Below, one piece after another: positions 28,600 to 44,743 of a stretch of 64,000 nucleotides of DNA. The notes below the pieces were generated by a model, which was not told the origin of the DNA, ran no database searches, and saw only the letters and a list, made by a program, of their open reading frames with translations. Position numbers and translations under genes: made by a program. Origin of the DNA: Chrysomallon squamiferum (Eukaryota; Animalia; Mollusca); the NCBI GenBank assembly GCA_012295275.1, contig CM022668.1, forward strand, positions 5,208,001 to 5,272,000, in the 5' to 3' direction. The number at the start of each line of letters is the position of its first letter. Position 1 is the stretch's first letter.

Positions 28600-28965
28600 G
28601 CCTTTTCAGCAGCTAAGGATCTATTATGACAACCTTCTCATAGAACTGAAAAAACAACCTATTTCTGCACGTAGTCAGCATGGAATCTTTTACGACTGAC
28701 TTCCGACAATATAAAAACGGCAGACTCTTTGTTAGTTACAGCAAGGATACTTTCATAACAACCTTCCAATAAACTGGAAAAAACTCATTTCTATTGGCAA
28801 CCAGCAAGTTACTATTTTAGTACGACTTCCCATAAACAGAAAAAACCCTCACTCTTATCAGTAACCACCAGTGGATACTTTGTGATAAAACTTAACTTAA
28901 ATTAGAAAAAATACTCTTATTAGTTAGCAGCAAGTAATCTTTTATTACAACCTTCCCACAGAACG
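28600..28965. repeat. Degenerate tandem repeat of about 62-69 bp, about 6 copies
   Basis: Motif tagt..cagcaagg.ta.ttt...acaaccttcc.ata.a..g.aaaaa recurs near 28607, 28676, 28739, 28802, 28867 and 28928. Confidence 0.65.
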
Positions 28966-30635
28966 TATTATTATCTGTACAGACAATCATTCCACAGACA
29001 TGATTAAAAACGAACTCGGAGCTCCAGCGAGAAAGGGAAATGGCTAAAATCGACACGTTCATTCTGTAAACATTACAAACATTAAACCGTCAGACAGAAC
29101 ACTCAAAGAGAGCTATGGTTGTAACGAGCAATTACACATAGCATGGTTCTAAAGAAGACCTCTGTACTGTTTGTCCCAGCCTACTTCTTGCTCTGTGTTT
29201 GTGACGTTATTTCAAACCCTGCTAAGTCAGTGAAAACTGCGCTGATTTTTCCTCGCAAGCTGACATCAAAGGAAAACGTGCGTCCTAATTAATCCGCCTC
29301 CAGTGATGTGCTCTTCAACAGTCTCCCCACGCATTCTCGAGTGTCGTCACGTGATCTGAACCCCCGGGCTTCGCCCCACTCCAGGGCAGGTCTCGAGATG
29401 CAGAATCGTGTTAAACAACGCGCTGCAAAGTGCATCTTGTAACAGCCCTGTGGAACTTTTTCATCTGAGAAAACAAAAGGGAAGAAAGGAATGTTCTGGA
29501 GAAAAAACAACAACAAATGAATCACACAGAGATGTGGAAAGTTAAATGGTTATTGTTTTGATGATTATGATGATGATTATAATGATGATGATGATGATGA
29601 TAATGACTGTCACAGTGTTCATCATTATTCTCTTGTATTTTCTCATCGTGATTATGAAAGTATTACTGTGATAGTGGCAGTGGAAGAAGATAATGATTGC
29701 AAAATACAAGACAGCAACTACCACTACGGCGTGTTTCATAGGAGGCAACAGTTATTGTGGCTGTGGTAGTTGTAGATAGATAAATAGATCGGTAGTGGTA
29801 GTAATAGAGGTAATGTTAGTAGTAATTGTAGTGGTAATGATTGTGGTAGTGGAAGCCGTAACTGTAAAGCAGTGGTAGTTGTAGTGGTAGTTGCAGTGGA
29901 GGCGGTAGTACGTGTTTCACGACACATACTAATTCAAGCGATGATTAGCTGCGGATATTGTGATAGCAGTAGTAGTAGCAGTGATAGTAGTAGCAGTAGT
30001 TGCGGTAGTAGTGGTTGTGTTAGTAGTGGTGGTAATACTAGTGATAATGTTAGTTGTACTTGTAGACGTAGTGGTAGTGGTAGAGGTAATACTAGTAGCA
30101 GCAGTGGTGGTAATTACAGTGGTACTTGTAGTTATAGTGGTAGTAGCTGTGGTTGAGAAAGCAATATAGCTTTCCATTACATACTGTTAAAAAAATCCTA
30201 CATCATCTAACATTATTATAACACTGACATAAACCAGGTAATACTTTTTGTTATTTCTTTATATTTTTTATCATTATATATATATTTTTTAACATACTTC
30301 ACAATGAGTACTACATATTAACCTTTCTGTACTCGGTTATCATATATAAGCATTATACTTCATAGTGTTATATAATAAAGTCATCATTTAATTTGTTTCA
30401 TTTCTAAGAACACAGAAGATTATTAATTAAGTGAAATATTGCTTGCAGTAGTAAATTAATTTATTTTCATTTTAGTATTTAAGTGCGTTGGCTAATAGAG
30501 TTTTTAGAGAATTAGGATATATGTTATCAGTTATTATATTCTGATAATTCTTCTTGCTGATGAAATTGTGTCAAAGGTTTCCATTTTCCTGTGTCGGCAA
30601 GAAAAGGGAAAATGATCAATGAGAAAGGAACACAC

Positions 30636-31212
<577 letters not shown>

Positions 31213-31902
31213 CAGGTAGCGTTCACTGGAGAATAAACTCTATGACGTTAGTCTCTTAGCGGTCGTTGCCGGTGTTGCCGCCGTGTCACACAAACAAAGA
31301 TCAGAATTACAGAGAACCTGACACACTTTCGTTTCGATTCCGGGTTTACTGTTTTATATGCATCTCGCTAGTTAAATACCGCAACAGATTTTACTAGATG
31401 GAATAAGATGAAAAGAAAAAGAAGAAGAAGAAGAAAGATGATGATGATAATGAAGCAGAACATGAAGAAGACGATGTCGACAATGTGAAGACAGAAAGGT
31501 AATAGCTAAACAGTGTCTATCTATTAAGAAACTGAACAGTGTTGAAATGAATAATGGTTATTAAATCTCTTATTTCTGTATTGAACTGCAGTTCATAAAA
31601 CAGAATATTTATACACAATGGTGAAAGGAAACTACAAGAACAATGTTGCTATCGTTTATCTGTGAATAATAAAAAGAATCGTTTATGAGAGAATAAGTAA
31701 ATAAGTAAATAAATAAATAAATAAATAAGAAAAGAAATAAAAGAATAAAATAAATTAGAACGAACCAAAGCACCAGACAAACAAACAGACAAATCATACA
31801 CACACTTACATACATACATACAAACATATCTACAAACATACATACACACATGCATACATTTATTCATCCATTTATTCATCCATATATACATGCATAAAAA
31901 AA

Positions 31903-31949
<47 letters not shown>

Positions 31950-32486
31950 GTAATTAAGTAAAGAAATGTAAACGAACAAAAGAACGTAAACAAAAATATG
32001 AAAAAGTAGATTATTCTCCACGACCATTGTTTTAGTTTTGCACACGACCCTCTATGAAGTAGTTCAGTACCCATTATCCCTTGCTGCAAATAACTTGGCT
32101 TTTAAAGATGGCGCAGAATAGATTTTCTTTCGGTCACGATTCTCAAATTCCTCCCGAAGATAAAGGTAACCTATGTTGCAAAAATATTAAAAGAGAGCGA
32201 GAAAAATAAAAACAAAATAATATTAAAATAAAAATAAATTATAAATATAAAAATAAAAGCAAAAGTATCCACCTACGTCATGTGAAATGCCTTTGGTTTC
32301 CTTTCCTAATAAAAATTTATAAATGTCTGGAAGAATTTCAAAATTCTAAAATGCCAGAAATCTCCGCTGATGATGTTAACGCGCACTTAGTTAATCCGAA
32401 ACCGTTCGTAAATGTCATTTACAAATTTAAAATATCCTTCATGACAGCAGTATTCATGGAAGCTGGTTTATTTATATAGTTCTTTT

Positions 32487-32584
<98 letters not shown>

Positions 32585-33540
32585 TATATGAATGACAGTT
32601 TAAGATAGGGTTACATATTTCAAAGTGTGATATTGAAAAAAAACAGCAAAACTAGTTGGTTTTTTCACACACTAATTAAATTTTAAAATTTGTTTAAACT
32701 GATGATACGTCCATAACGTTTGATAGGAAATACCTGGATTATTTGTTTATTTATTTATTTATTTATTTATTTATAAATTTGTTTATTTATTTGTTTATTT
32801 ATTTATTTATTTATTTATTTAATTGTTAATTTATTTGTTCATTTATTTATTTCTTATTGTTCTCGTCGTTGCTACTGCTATTGTTGTCGTCATTATTATT
32901 ATGATGATTATTATTATTATTATTACTATTAATGGTATTATTACTGGTTATACACACTTCTGTTTTGATTTTAAAAACATACACTTAACACCATTAACAT
33001 AATTAATAACTATTTATTTACGACAACTTAATAATAATAATTGTCATACTTATTACTGTTCAGCTTATTCTACGTCACGTAACAAGTTTAGCTAATTAAT
33101 AAGCGTCTCATAAACTTGGACCTTGGATTTGTCGTTTCAGGAAATTACGCAACTTTCAGGAACAAAACAGAACTTATTAACACATGGATACGCCGAACTG
33201 CGGTTAAAACAACGCAGTAAACTATTATTATTATTATTATTAGAATTGCTACTGCTGTTGTGGCTGCAGCTACAACTATTGTTACTACAACAACTACTAC
33301 TGCTATTACTGCGGCTACAAAAATCTAGTACAGTCGCTAACTGTAATATTTCATTGTCGTCATTGTTGTTTTTCTTCTTTTTCTTCTTCTTCTTCTTCTT
33401 CTTCTTATTATTATTATCAATGATGACGATAATGTAACGACTATAAATTTTAAGGATGTTGAACAATACGAATTTATATTTACGTGCTGTTTTTTTTTTT
33501 TATTGTTGTTGTTTCATTTTTTTATTGTTGTTGCTGTTGT

Positions 33541-33581
<41 letters not shown>

Positions 33582-34456
33582 GGACACCTGCTCATTCACA
33601 AAAATAAATTACAAAAGAAAATCAGACAGACGAACAGAGAGACAGACAGACAGACACTGACCGACGTACACAGGAAGCACACACAAAGTGCAAACACATA
33701 GACTGTAACCACTTCGCACTCTACTAATCTCACAATTAAAATAAAAAAAAAAGAGGCAAATCCCTCCCTACTTCTGACGCTGCGTTCATTACGCACGCTG
33801 CACGCACTTGACGTGAGAGGCTCGGCTGCGCGTGAGGACTAATCTACGTGCGTTTTTCACGTTTTCCGCGCGTTTCGGGGCTTGTCGTTCTTCACTACGG
33901 AAGACTCATTTCCGCGGCGCTGTTTGATCGGGAACCGGTGGGCAATAGAAGCCGAAGAACCGGCAACCAGTCTATTAGATAGCCAAGTGGTTCAGCCTAA
34001 ACTGCGAGGGAATTATTGTTATTTTTCACATCACCTTTGTGAAATGGGTGTCAAGTGGTTTAAAAAGTGCTTCAAATAAAAATAGGGTATTTTTTATTTT
34101 TTTTATTTTTTTTTATTTTTATAGTTTTCTCGGAAGCGTCATAAGAACGTAATATATTTTGGCATCTTTGAAATTGTGTTGGGTTATTTTCGAAAACTGT
34201 TAGAAAATGCTTTTCTTTCATATGTACGTACGTATGTACTTGTTTTCATATATGTATATATGTGTGTGTGTTTATCTTTATATATATATACATATACATA
34301 TATAGTTATATAATTATACATGTAGGTCGTACCTTCGTATGTATGCATGTTTAATTGTATGTATATATATGTATGTATGTTTCTCACTCCATATTTCTCT
34401 CATTGATGTATCTTTCTGTCCTTCCGTCTGTCTGTATATCCATACGTCTGTCGGCA

Positions 34457-34531
<75 letters not shown>

Positions 34532-34614
34532 GTATCGTACTTTCTTTCTATCTCTGAATCTATGATTCGTTCTCTCTTGTTTTACTTATTCTTTTGAAAG
34601 TTATGCTCGTCGTT

Positions 34615-34653
<39 letters not shown>

Positions 34654-35986
34654 TTATTTACGAATATAAAAATGTCATTTCATTATCTGCTTTCTTTAAC
34701 ATTCTTCTTCTTCATTTTCTTCTTCATTTTCTTCTTCTTCTTCTTCTTCTTCTTCTTCTTCTTCTTCTTCTTCTTCTTCTCTATGACTCTTGCATCATTA
34801 GTACCGTTACGAAGAGGGAAACTGATATTATTGGTGATGACGTATTTAGGCTAACGATACTATCGTCTCGGCACTTTCCGGCCTAGGTGTGTCACGTGAC
34901 CGCTGCTCGCGCATCGCCGTGTGACACTACTGCCGGGGAATGTGATCTGTTCTAGAAAATTCGCTTTAATATATAATTACGACCTAATTATTTAGTCTAT
35001 TGAGTTTATCGATTGCTTTTTCCTTTACAATGCTGCCTCACTTTGAGTGAAATTAATGTTTTAGTGCAAGTAACTCGTTACTTTGTTTCTTTTTTTTTTT
35101 CTTTGGTTCTTTTCTTTTCGAGATTTTGTTTTTGTTCTTTAATACTTTTTCTTTCTTTCTTTCTATCCTTTTTTTTTTTCTTTCTTATAATCTCTCTTGT
35201 TTCTTTACTTTATTCTTTCTTTCTTTCAGGTTTTTTTTTTTTTTTTTTTTTTTCTCATTCTATTACTTTATTTTATCTTATTTTCACTATTTCACTCATT
35301 CTTCATCTTCGTCTTCTTTTCGGTCATTATGCTATCGAATGTTCACACACCCACATACACACATACACACATACACATACACATACACATATATACATAC
35401 ATACATTCACACATAGACACATACACATACTCACATACCCATAAACACACGCACACGCATACAAACACATACACGGACAAACACACACACATACACGCAT
35501 ACACATACATACACGCACACACACAAACACGACAGATTGACATACACACATTACTAATTCAATGGTGTCGTTCAACTATTTAATAACAGTATTATTTTAT
35601 TGTCATATACAGATATATAAAATATCTACCTTAGGCGATACAAATGACATATCAGTGTAATATTTTACTGTTTTGGGTAACTATTTAAACCAAGTCAGAC
35701 AATAAAATAACAATACTACTAAACATCTGTATGCCGCCATTTTGTCCCTTATAATGAATTAGTAACGATGAGTCTCCCAAAAAATAATTTCTTCAAAAAT
35801 ATATTATTTCTAAAATTTAAATAAAACAAAAGATTCCACAATCAACAAAACGAAAAACAATTATTTTATTTATTAGCACCCTTTAGGTAGCGCTTTGCAC
35901 GAAAGGTGAATGACCGCATTTATCATTTCTCGATCAAAACTGGGACAATAAGTAAAATATATATTTAGAACTATAATCCAAGAATA

Positions 35987-36042
<56 letters not shown>

Positions 36043-36487
36043 AATAATAATAATAATAATAAGTTTTATTATTATTTTTATTATTATTATTATTATTATT
36101 ATTGTTGTTGTTGTTGTTTGTTGTTGTTGTTGTTGATGTTGTTATTATTATTACTACTACTACTACTACTACTACTGTTATTCATTCATTCATTCATTCA
36201 GGTAGGAGTAACAAAAATGATAACTATAATAAAGTTAAGGGGTAGGTACGATGGAATTTTCCTTTTCCGCTAATTCAACTAGAGGTAACAGAATCCAGTT
36301 TTTAAAATGTTTTAATTTTATACATGGACATAACTGAAATTTCTTTCTTTGGTGTACACGCAGATCTACAAAACTAAAGAAATTGTTTGATGTCTGGTCA
36401 CCAGACGACACGTACGTCACTGGTGCTGTGTCTAAACTTTATCTAAATCTCTACGTCTTCACTTAGCTTGTGTGGGAGGCTATTTAC

Positions 36488-36562
<75 letters not shown>

Positions 36563-36722
36563 GTGACGAATGTGTCGCATCTGTAACTCGATTTACACAT
36601 AAAATAAAAAACATCGATAAAACAGCCAGTATAAAAAAATGAACATCAAGAAAGGTGAAACGTGAATTTTTCAAGGACAAGTCATTCTAAGTTCGTAGGG
36701 AATCAATAGTTGTAGATAAAAT

Positions 36723-36845
<123 letters not shown>

Positions 36846-37025
36846 ACACACACACAAATACGAAACTGACTTTAACCAGTACTTCGAAGGGACGTTTACC
36901 TCGGCGATCGTGTAATCGATACTCGCCTAATTTCGCTAACAGGAATATATGAGGTATTAACATAAAGCTTGAAACAGCAGAGCTAGTTTCGTATTATCAC
37001 TTAAGTGTTAAAGTATCATCATTTC

Positions 37026-37060
<35 letters not shown>

Positions 37061-37625
37061 TATAATGGTGATCAGCATTATCCGCCTAATTATTTAATTA
37101 ATTAAATAATTATTTTATTTTATTTTATTTTTTTAAATTTATTTGTTCATGTGTGTATTATTTATTTTTGTCGACGACAAATTTAACATCTGTAAATCCG
37201 TAAATGAAATGTGAAAACCACAAATCATTATTAAGAAATAAAAAACGTTTTAAAAATATTAGTGTAAAAAAGTATAATAATTTAATAAAAAAAAAAATAA
37301 AAATAAAAAAAAAAAAAAAAAAAACTTCTCGATCTTGAAAACTAAAATTAAAATTTAAATTAAAAAATTACCAAAATTATAACTAATAAAAAAAAAAAAA
37401 AAAAATAGTTCGAAAAGAAGGGAACTCTGATAAGATTTTTAACATTCAACAAAATGGCTACAAAATATTGAATTCTCTCGTCAAAACTGTTCTCTCTCTC
37501 TCTCTATGAGCCAGCTAGGCTAGCTCTCGTCGCTTGAAACAAACTATAGACAGCCATGGCCCGAAGCCGGTTTTTCGTCCGTTTTTCATCAATAGCGAAT
37601 CGCATGCGACAAGATATGTAAACAA

Positions 37626-37760
37626 TGACCTGACGATGACCTAGTAAAAATGTCACAGCCGGTACGATTTGCTGTGATTACCGATGTTCTGACCTGAAAT
37701 GAGCTGGAGGCACACGTTCCGGCGGAATGTAGGTCAGTAGAACAGTATATCAGTAGGTCA
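37626..37760. promoter_or_regulatory. Cluster of five nuclear-receptor AGGTCA half-sites (RORE/RevRE-like sites and a DR5)
   Basis: TGACCT at 37626, 37637 and 37690; AGGTCA at 37731 and 37755. Three have AT-rich 5' flanks (TTTACT-, GAATGT-, ATCAGT-). They lie just upstream of a GC-rich segment ending in a GTAAGT donor at 37933. Confidence 0.6.
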
Positions 37761-37968
37761 GTGGTGTTGGCAAGGCGGTCCTTCAGATGAATTTTCTCCG
37801 GAACGAGTTGTCTCGCTTGGTTCGTTTTCGCGCCTTCACTCGGCGGATCGGAGACGGTTTCCGTCGTGGAGTGATGCGGGTTTGTGGAGTTTTATACTTG
37901 GCAGCATAACCGAGAATCTAACATTGATGGATGTAAGTTGGTTCGAGCAGCCTGTGAAAATAATTTCC

Positions 37969-38030
<62 letters not shown>

Positions 38031-38688
38031 AAGAAATAATAAAAAAAAAAAAAAAAAAAAAAAATTATCGAAAGTCTTGTTAATTTTAATCACTTCAGCA
38101 TATCGGGAGGAATTTAGTTTGGAGTGGAAGAAGAAGAAGAAGAGAGAGAGAAAAAAAGAAGAATTATTTATTTAAACAAAAAAGAAAAGAAATAATATTA
38201 TTATTCCTGGTTCTGCGGAAACTCTGTTTTTAAAAACGTTTGTTTGGGGGAAAAGGTTTGGCTGTTGAGCCGGGAACCGTGTGATACTCTTCAGGGTACT
38301 TTCGACGTGATAAATGCTTTTGCCAGAAGAAGCACCTCGCCAAGCCGATCCCCTGGGCACCCGGTTCGGTAAGTAAAACTCGTTTATCTTACATCTCACC
38401 AGAACCAACTGACTCCCAGACGAAACGACGGACACACGTCTGCTTGTCTACTTGTACGTCTGTCTGTATCGTTTGCATAACTAACGGTTTATTTATATAT
38501 ATATATCACTGCATGCATTTTTAGTTGTATTTCTGTGTTTCTGTATGTATGTGTGTGTGTGTGTGTACGTATGCATGCTTGTTTATTTGGGTGTATGTAT
38601 TTAAGTGTGTATTTATCTACAATATACACTCTTATAGCCACCCACCTACCCACCCAAACAGGCACACACACACACACAAACGCAAAAC

Positions 38689-38764
<76 letters not shown>

Positions 38765-39079
38765 TTATCCGCTCTCAGTTTTCGCAGTCAGATTGTTGCT
38801 GCAGATTATTTGCTGCTGTGAATTATATTCCACACACACACACACACAGACAGACACACAGAGAATGACACACACAGAGAATGACACACAAACACACACA
38901 CACACAGAGAATGACACACAAACACACACAAAAGAAAACTGTTGCTAGTCATAATGAATAAATTTAAAATGAAATATATAATGTTCAGAAATATGTTCAT
39001 AATGATGGTGATGATGCTGATGAAAATGAGAACTGATAGACAGATACAGCTACACACATAGATAGACAGATACATACAT

Positions 39080-39115
<36 letters not shown>

Positions 39116-39238
39116 ATAGATAGATAGACATGTATAAATAGAAGGAAAAAATAAAGAATGAAAGAAAAAGAATTATATGTACATAATTTAACTAAATCTG
39201 TAATGTGCTGAAAAATACAATAATGATTACTGAAAAAA

Positions 39239-39274
<36 letters not shown>

Positions 39275-39844
39275 ATTAAAAATAATATAATAATAATAAA
39301 ATCAAAAATTAAAAAAAAAAAACCAAAAAATAAAAAAACCACACAGTAAACTAATAAAAAATACAACATTTCACTAATTAAAAAAAAAAAAAAAAAAAAC
39401 AAAAAAAAACAACAAAAAAACAATTAAAAAAAAATAAAAAAAAAAATAAATAAATAAATAAAAAATAATTTCTTTGCTTACTTTTAGTCCTTTATCATTC
39501 TTTTTCTTCTTCTTTTTTTTCTGTTGCTTAATTAGTTTAATAATAAATTAGTTTTTTTTTTTATCATTTGCTCTTTTAAACAAATAATAATAATTTTGTT
39601 ATCTTTTTCAAACAAATTTTAATTAATTTTATTATTTTTTCATTTAATTTTATTATTATTATATTCTTATTATTATTATTATTATTTTTATTATTATTAC
39701 TTAATGTGTTGTTCATCATTGTTTAAAAAATATTTTTTTAATACAAAGAAATTGTATGAATAATTTTGAGTGAACATGTTTAAAATTACATCATTAATTT
39801 TGTTTTATATTATTAACTGTTTCTTTCATTTTTTATTTTAAAAA

Positions 39845-39876
<32 letters not shown>

Positions 39877-40069
39877 TACTATTATTATTATTATTAAAAT
39901 TATTATTACTGTTATTATTAGTATTTAAATTGTTATTTTTATTATTATAAAACATTACTACTACTACTACTACTACTACTACTATTAATAATTTATTGTT
40001 ATTATTATTATTTATTTATTTATTTATATATTTTATTTTATTTATTTATTTATTTTATTTTATTTTATT

Positions 40070-40104
<35 letters not shown>

Positions 40105-40542
40105 TTTTAATTTTCTTTACTGCTTTCTCTCCTCTGTAGAAATCTGTGTTTGTTCTGCATTCATTTATTTCCTCTGTGTTTTTTTCTTTCTTTCATTGAT
40201 TGTGATTTCTGTGTTAACAATTCAACAGGTTACTCCAATAATCCTCTGTTTAATGCATGTTGCCATGGATACAGTTTGGCTTCAAACAAAATTAATACTT
40301 ATTGAAGTTGAGAGTATTTCACCGTAAATGAAAGAATGTTTTGAATGCGCCAATTTGAACACAGAAATTTCTTTCTTTCTACTTTTTATTTTTTTTTTTT
40401 TATTTGTCTGCTGATTTTGCACATAACTAACGAAATATATCATTTGTATTGACGTTACAATACATGAACAAAACAACAACAACAAATGTTAATGAATAAA
40501 AGATAGATAACAATAATAACAATAATAATAATAATAATAATT

Positions 40543-40601
<59 letters not shown>

Positions 40602-40602
40602 T

Positions 40603-40669
<67 letters not shown>

Positions 40670-40771
40670 TGATAATAATAATAATAATAACAGAAAGATT
40701 GATAACAATATAAAATTCGTGATAATTAAATAACATAAAACATATAAAATCGAAATGTCTTAGATATTTAA

Positions 40772-40856
<85 letters not shown>

Positions 40857-41110
40857 CGTAGAATATGATGAGAAAGAAGAATAACTACAAGAACATTAAA
40901 ATAAACATAACTTCAGCCAAAAAGAACAAAACAAAACAAAAATGGCTTTCGCAGTAGAAATAAAAATGGAAGGACATGGAATATTAAGAAAGAAATTTGT
41001 ATTGTAAAACTTAATAATAATTATTATTTATAATCTATCTTCAGTTCATATCTAGACAAAATTCAATATCTATAAAATTACACAACTCAAAATATTTGAA
41101 ACAATTACTT

Positions 41111-41178
<68 letters not shown>

Positions 41179-41446
41179 ATAATAATAATACTAATATTAT
41201 TATTATTATTATTATTATTATCATTATTGTTGTTGTTGTTGTTTTTATAGTAGTATTTGTATGTATGTTTGTCAGTTTATATAATATATGTTTGAATCTG
41301 GTTATTTCTAGGTTAAATTATATAGTTATATTATGTTGCATCATATTATGTGACATTACAAATATGTAATGTTGTGCTGTATCAAGTTATGTTCTGTTAT
41401 GTTGTTTATTAATTTTTTATTACATATTGTGTATATATATGTATGT

Positions 41447-41648
<202 letters not shown>

Positions 41649-42035
41649 AGGGTAACCATGTACACGAGCTCTATTTTATTTGCTTAGTTTAACGATACGG
41701 ACTCTAAACTGCATCCTTTTCCTAATCTACTGCCGAACATAAGGGTCGAGGCGATACATGTTCTAAAAATAGACCTGACCTACTGAACCGGTTATTCACT
41801 TATGTCAGAAGGACCGCGCGCGAACACTGCCTGGGTCAGGGCCAACCAGGGAGGCAACCCACACTTGGAGGTCAAACCGATTATTTATCGATTCGATTCT
41901 GTAGGCACCGAATCATGTCCTAATAAATTAACCCATTTTATGTAACGTTTCACGTACAAAAAGTGTTTAGACGGCAACATTTTTTTTTTCTCTTACTCTT
42001 CATGATTATGATTATTATTATATTTACATTTGTAT

Positions 42036-42147
<112 letters not shown>

Positions 42148-43654
42148 GCTGTTAACAAAAATATTCTTAAAGTATAAATAATATCTTTTGGAAGAAGTTC
42201 GAGATTGGAACAGGTAGTCGGGAGGGTTCGATGTGCTTGTTAAGGTTATCTTTCGTAATGAGGACAAAAATGATGAAATGTACATTTTTTTTTTTTTTTT
42301 TTTTTTAATAATAAAATAGTGGAAAATGGAAATAAAATTAATATAAAATAAGAAAATTAAAAAAAACAACAAAAAAACAAAAAATACCCAGCAACAACCA
42401 AACAAACAAATAAAATAACAAAAACAACAAAAAGGACTGTTACAATAACCAGGTACAATATATTAAAAAGTGAGGTTATTTTCTTAATAAGAAAAGACGA
42501 AAATGTCACATACTACTGATGTCTGTCTTCTCATGGATTCTTATTTGCTTATCGAACTGCACCGCACTTAGTATATATAAAATCTCTTCTTTACTACATT
42601 CAGTTAAAAAAAAAAAAAAAAAAGATTAAGAATCATTAAAATAATTGTTATGCTTATACTGTATCAGAAATGTTTAGAAATGTTTTATAGACAGAATTAC
42701 AATGATTTTATAGTTTTCGCAAACGATTTACTTTTCTTGACTTAACCTGCTGAAAATGGATTCACCCGAAGTGTTGGTTTTCTGCTTATTTTATTCTTTT
42801 ATTTTATTTTATTTTTTTTTTTCTGGCGGGCGGCTCGTTTATCCAATATTTAGGATCACTTTATCAGTAAATGTGACAATTTATTACATGGATATGTGTT
42901 GCTATGGCAATGGTTTCTTTTTACAGACTAGTTTTTAAAAATTAATTTAGAAATTTTAAGATTGTCGTCTGCAAAATTTACGTTTCGTATAAAAAAAAAA
43001 TATGGAGGGTTATGCATAATCAAAATTTGCCAGGAAAAATAAATGGATTTCTCTTAGATTTCGGAACTGTTTTGTTTTTGTTGTTTTTTGTGTGTGTGTT
43101 TTTTTTTTTTCAGTATTATTTTCAATTTTGGGAATAAATTTCTATTATTAAAATGATCTGAATGAAGCTGAGAAACTGGTATCAAGGAAAACCAGACGGA
43201 TTGCATCATTGTCACGTGATTCATTTTATTTGCGAACTACGCATAATTATATTTAAATTAAAAAAAACAGTCAAACAGAAACTTTAATTCCTGGAATAAA
43301 GGCAGTGACTTGGTTAATTTGATCTTCAGAATACCTTCATCAACAAATCTACGTCAGTAACAAACAATTACTGATAAAAATTTAAATTTTTCGCGAATTA
43401 AAAACAGTCGATTCTTGACCGCTCAGTCTTCTGGGGATTATTGATCGCGCTGACTATCGTATTCATCTGACATTACTACCGTGATTGTTGTTGTTAGTTA
43501 TTTTTCACCTAATCGTTAATTCATTATTTGTAAACAGATATTATTTATTATTAATTATATGAGAACTCATTTATTTATTTATTTGTTTATTTCAGACTTT
43601 GTGAACACTATTTGTGATAGTTACTATGCATGTTCACCCTATGTGATATCCAAC

Positions 43655-43819
43655 ATGTGTGGTTTTGAAGACAGAATGACAGACAGACAGAAATCCGGGG
43701 CCTTTGCAGAAGATGCTGATAGCTACGGTTCTTCATTCTTCCAGCAGTTTGTTCCTTCATCCCCCCTCCCCCGAGAAAACACGTCCCGCAGTCCAAGTGT
43801 GTCCTCTGACAGTGGGAGG
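43655..43819 (+). CDS. Nuclear receptor exon: N-terminal A/B region
   Basis: Acceptor tttcAG at 43595-43596, caacATG at 43655, [55 protein letters not shown]|GTAAGA. The start codon is not certain. Confidence 0.7.
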
Positions 43820-43830
43820 GTAAGAACTTG

Positions 43831-43922
<92 letters not shown>

Positions 43923-44436
43923 CCTAATTAACTATCTGTTAATTATCTATTTATTCATTGTTGTTCGCCTTTTTATTTATTTTATTATTTATTTGCTTAA
44001 TATTTTTATTTAATTATTTATCTGTTTTATTCTATTGTTTTGTTTTTACTTGTTATCAGTTTATCTGCGTTTTATTATTAATATTTGTTTGTTTTTATAT
44101 TTGTTTTAATTTATTTTTCAATCAATCGTTTGATCTGTATATTTTGATTTATTTATTTACTTATTTATTTATTACTTTCTGTATACTTTTATTAATTTGT
44201 TTACTGGCTTGCTTTTTTATTTGTTTATAATTTATTTATTTATTAATATCTGTGTATTTATTTATTTGTTTATAATTTATTTATTTATTTATTTATTTAC
44301 TTACTTATTTATTTATTAATTTCTATATACTTTTATTATTTGTGTATTGGTTTGTTTGTTTATTTGTTTATCACATTTATTTATTATATTAATTAATTAA
44401 TTTATTTATATATTTCTTTATTTATTTGTTTATCAT

Positions 44437-44475
<39 letters not shown>

Positions 44476-44698
44476 TTAATTTCTATATACTTTTATTATT
44501 TGTGTATTCGTTTGTTTATTTGTTTATTACATTTATTTATTTATTTATTTATTTATTTCTGTATATTTATTTAATTGTTTATTTATTTGTTTATCATTTA
44601 TTTATTTATTTATTTATTAATTTCTATATACTTTTATTATTTGTGTACTGGTTTGTTTGTTTATTTGTTTATCACATTAATTAATTATTTAATTAATT

Positions 44699-44743
<45 letters not shown>

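Noticed and set aside
37973-38065. Long poly-A as a retrocopy or retroelement tail
   Set aside because: No target-site duplication or upstream element body; long A/T runs are ubiquitous in this window.
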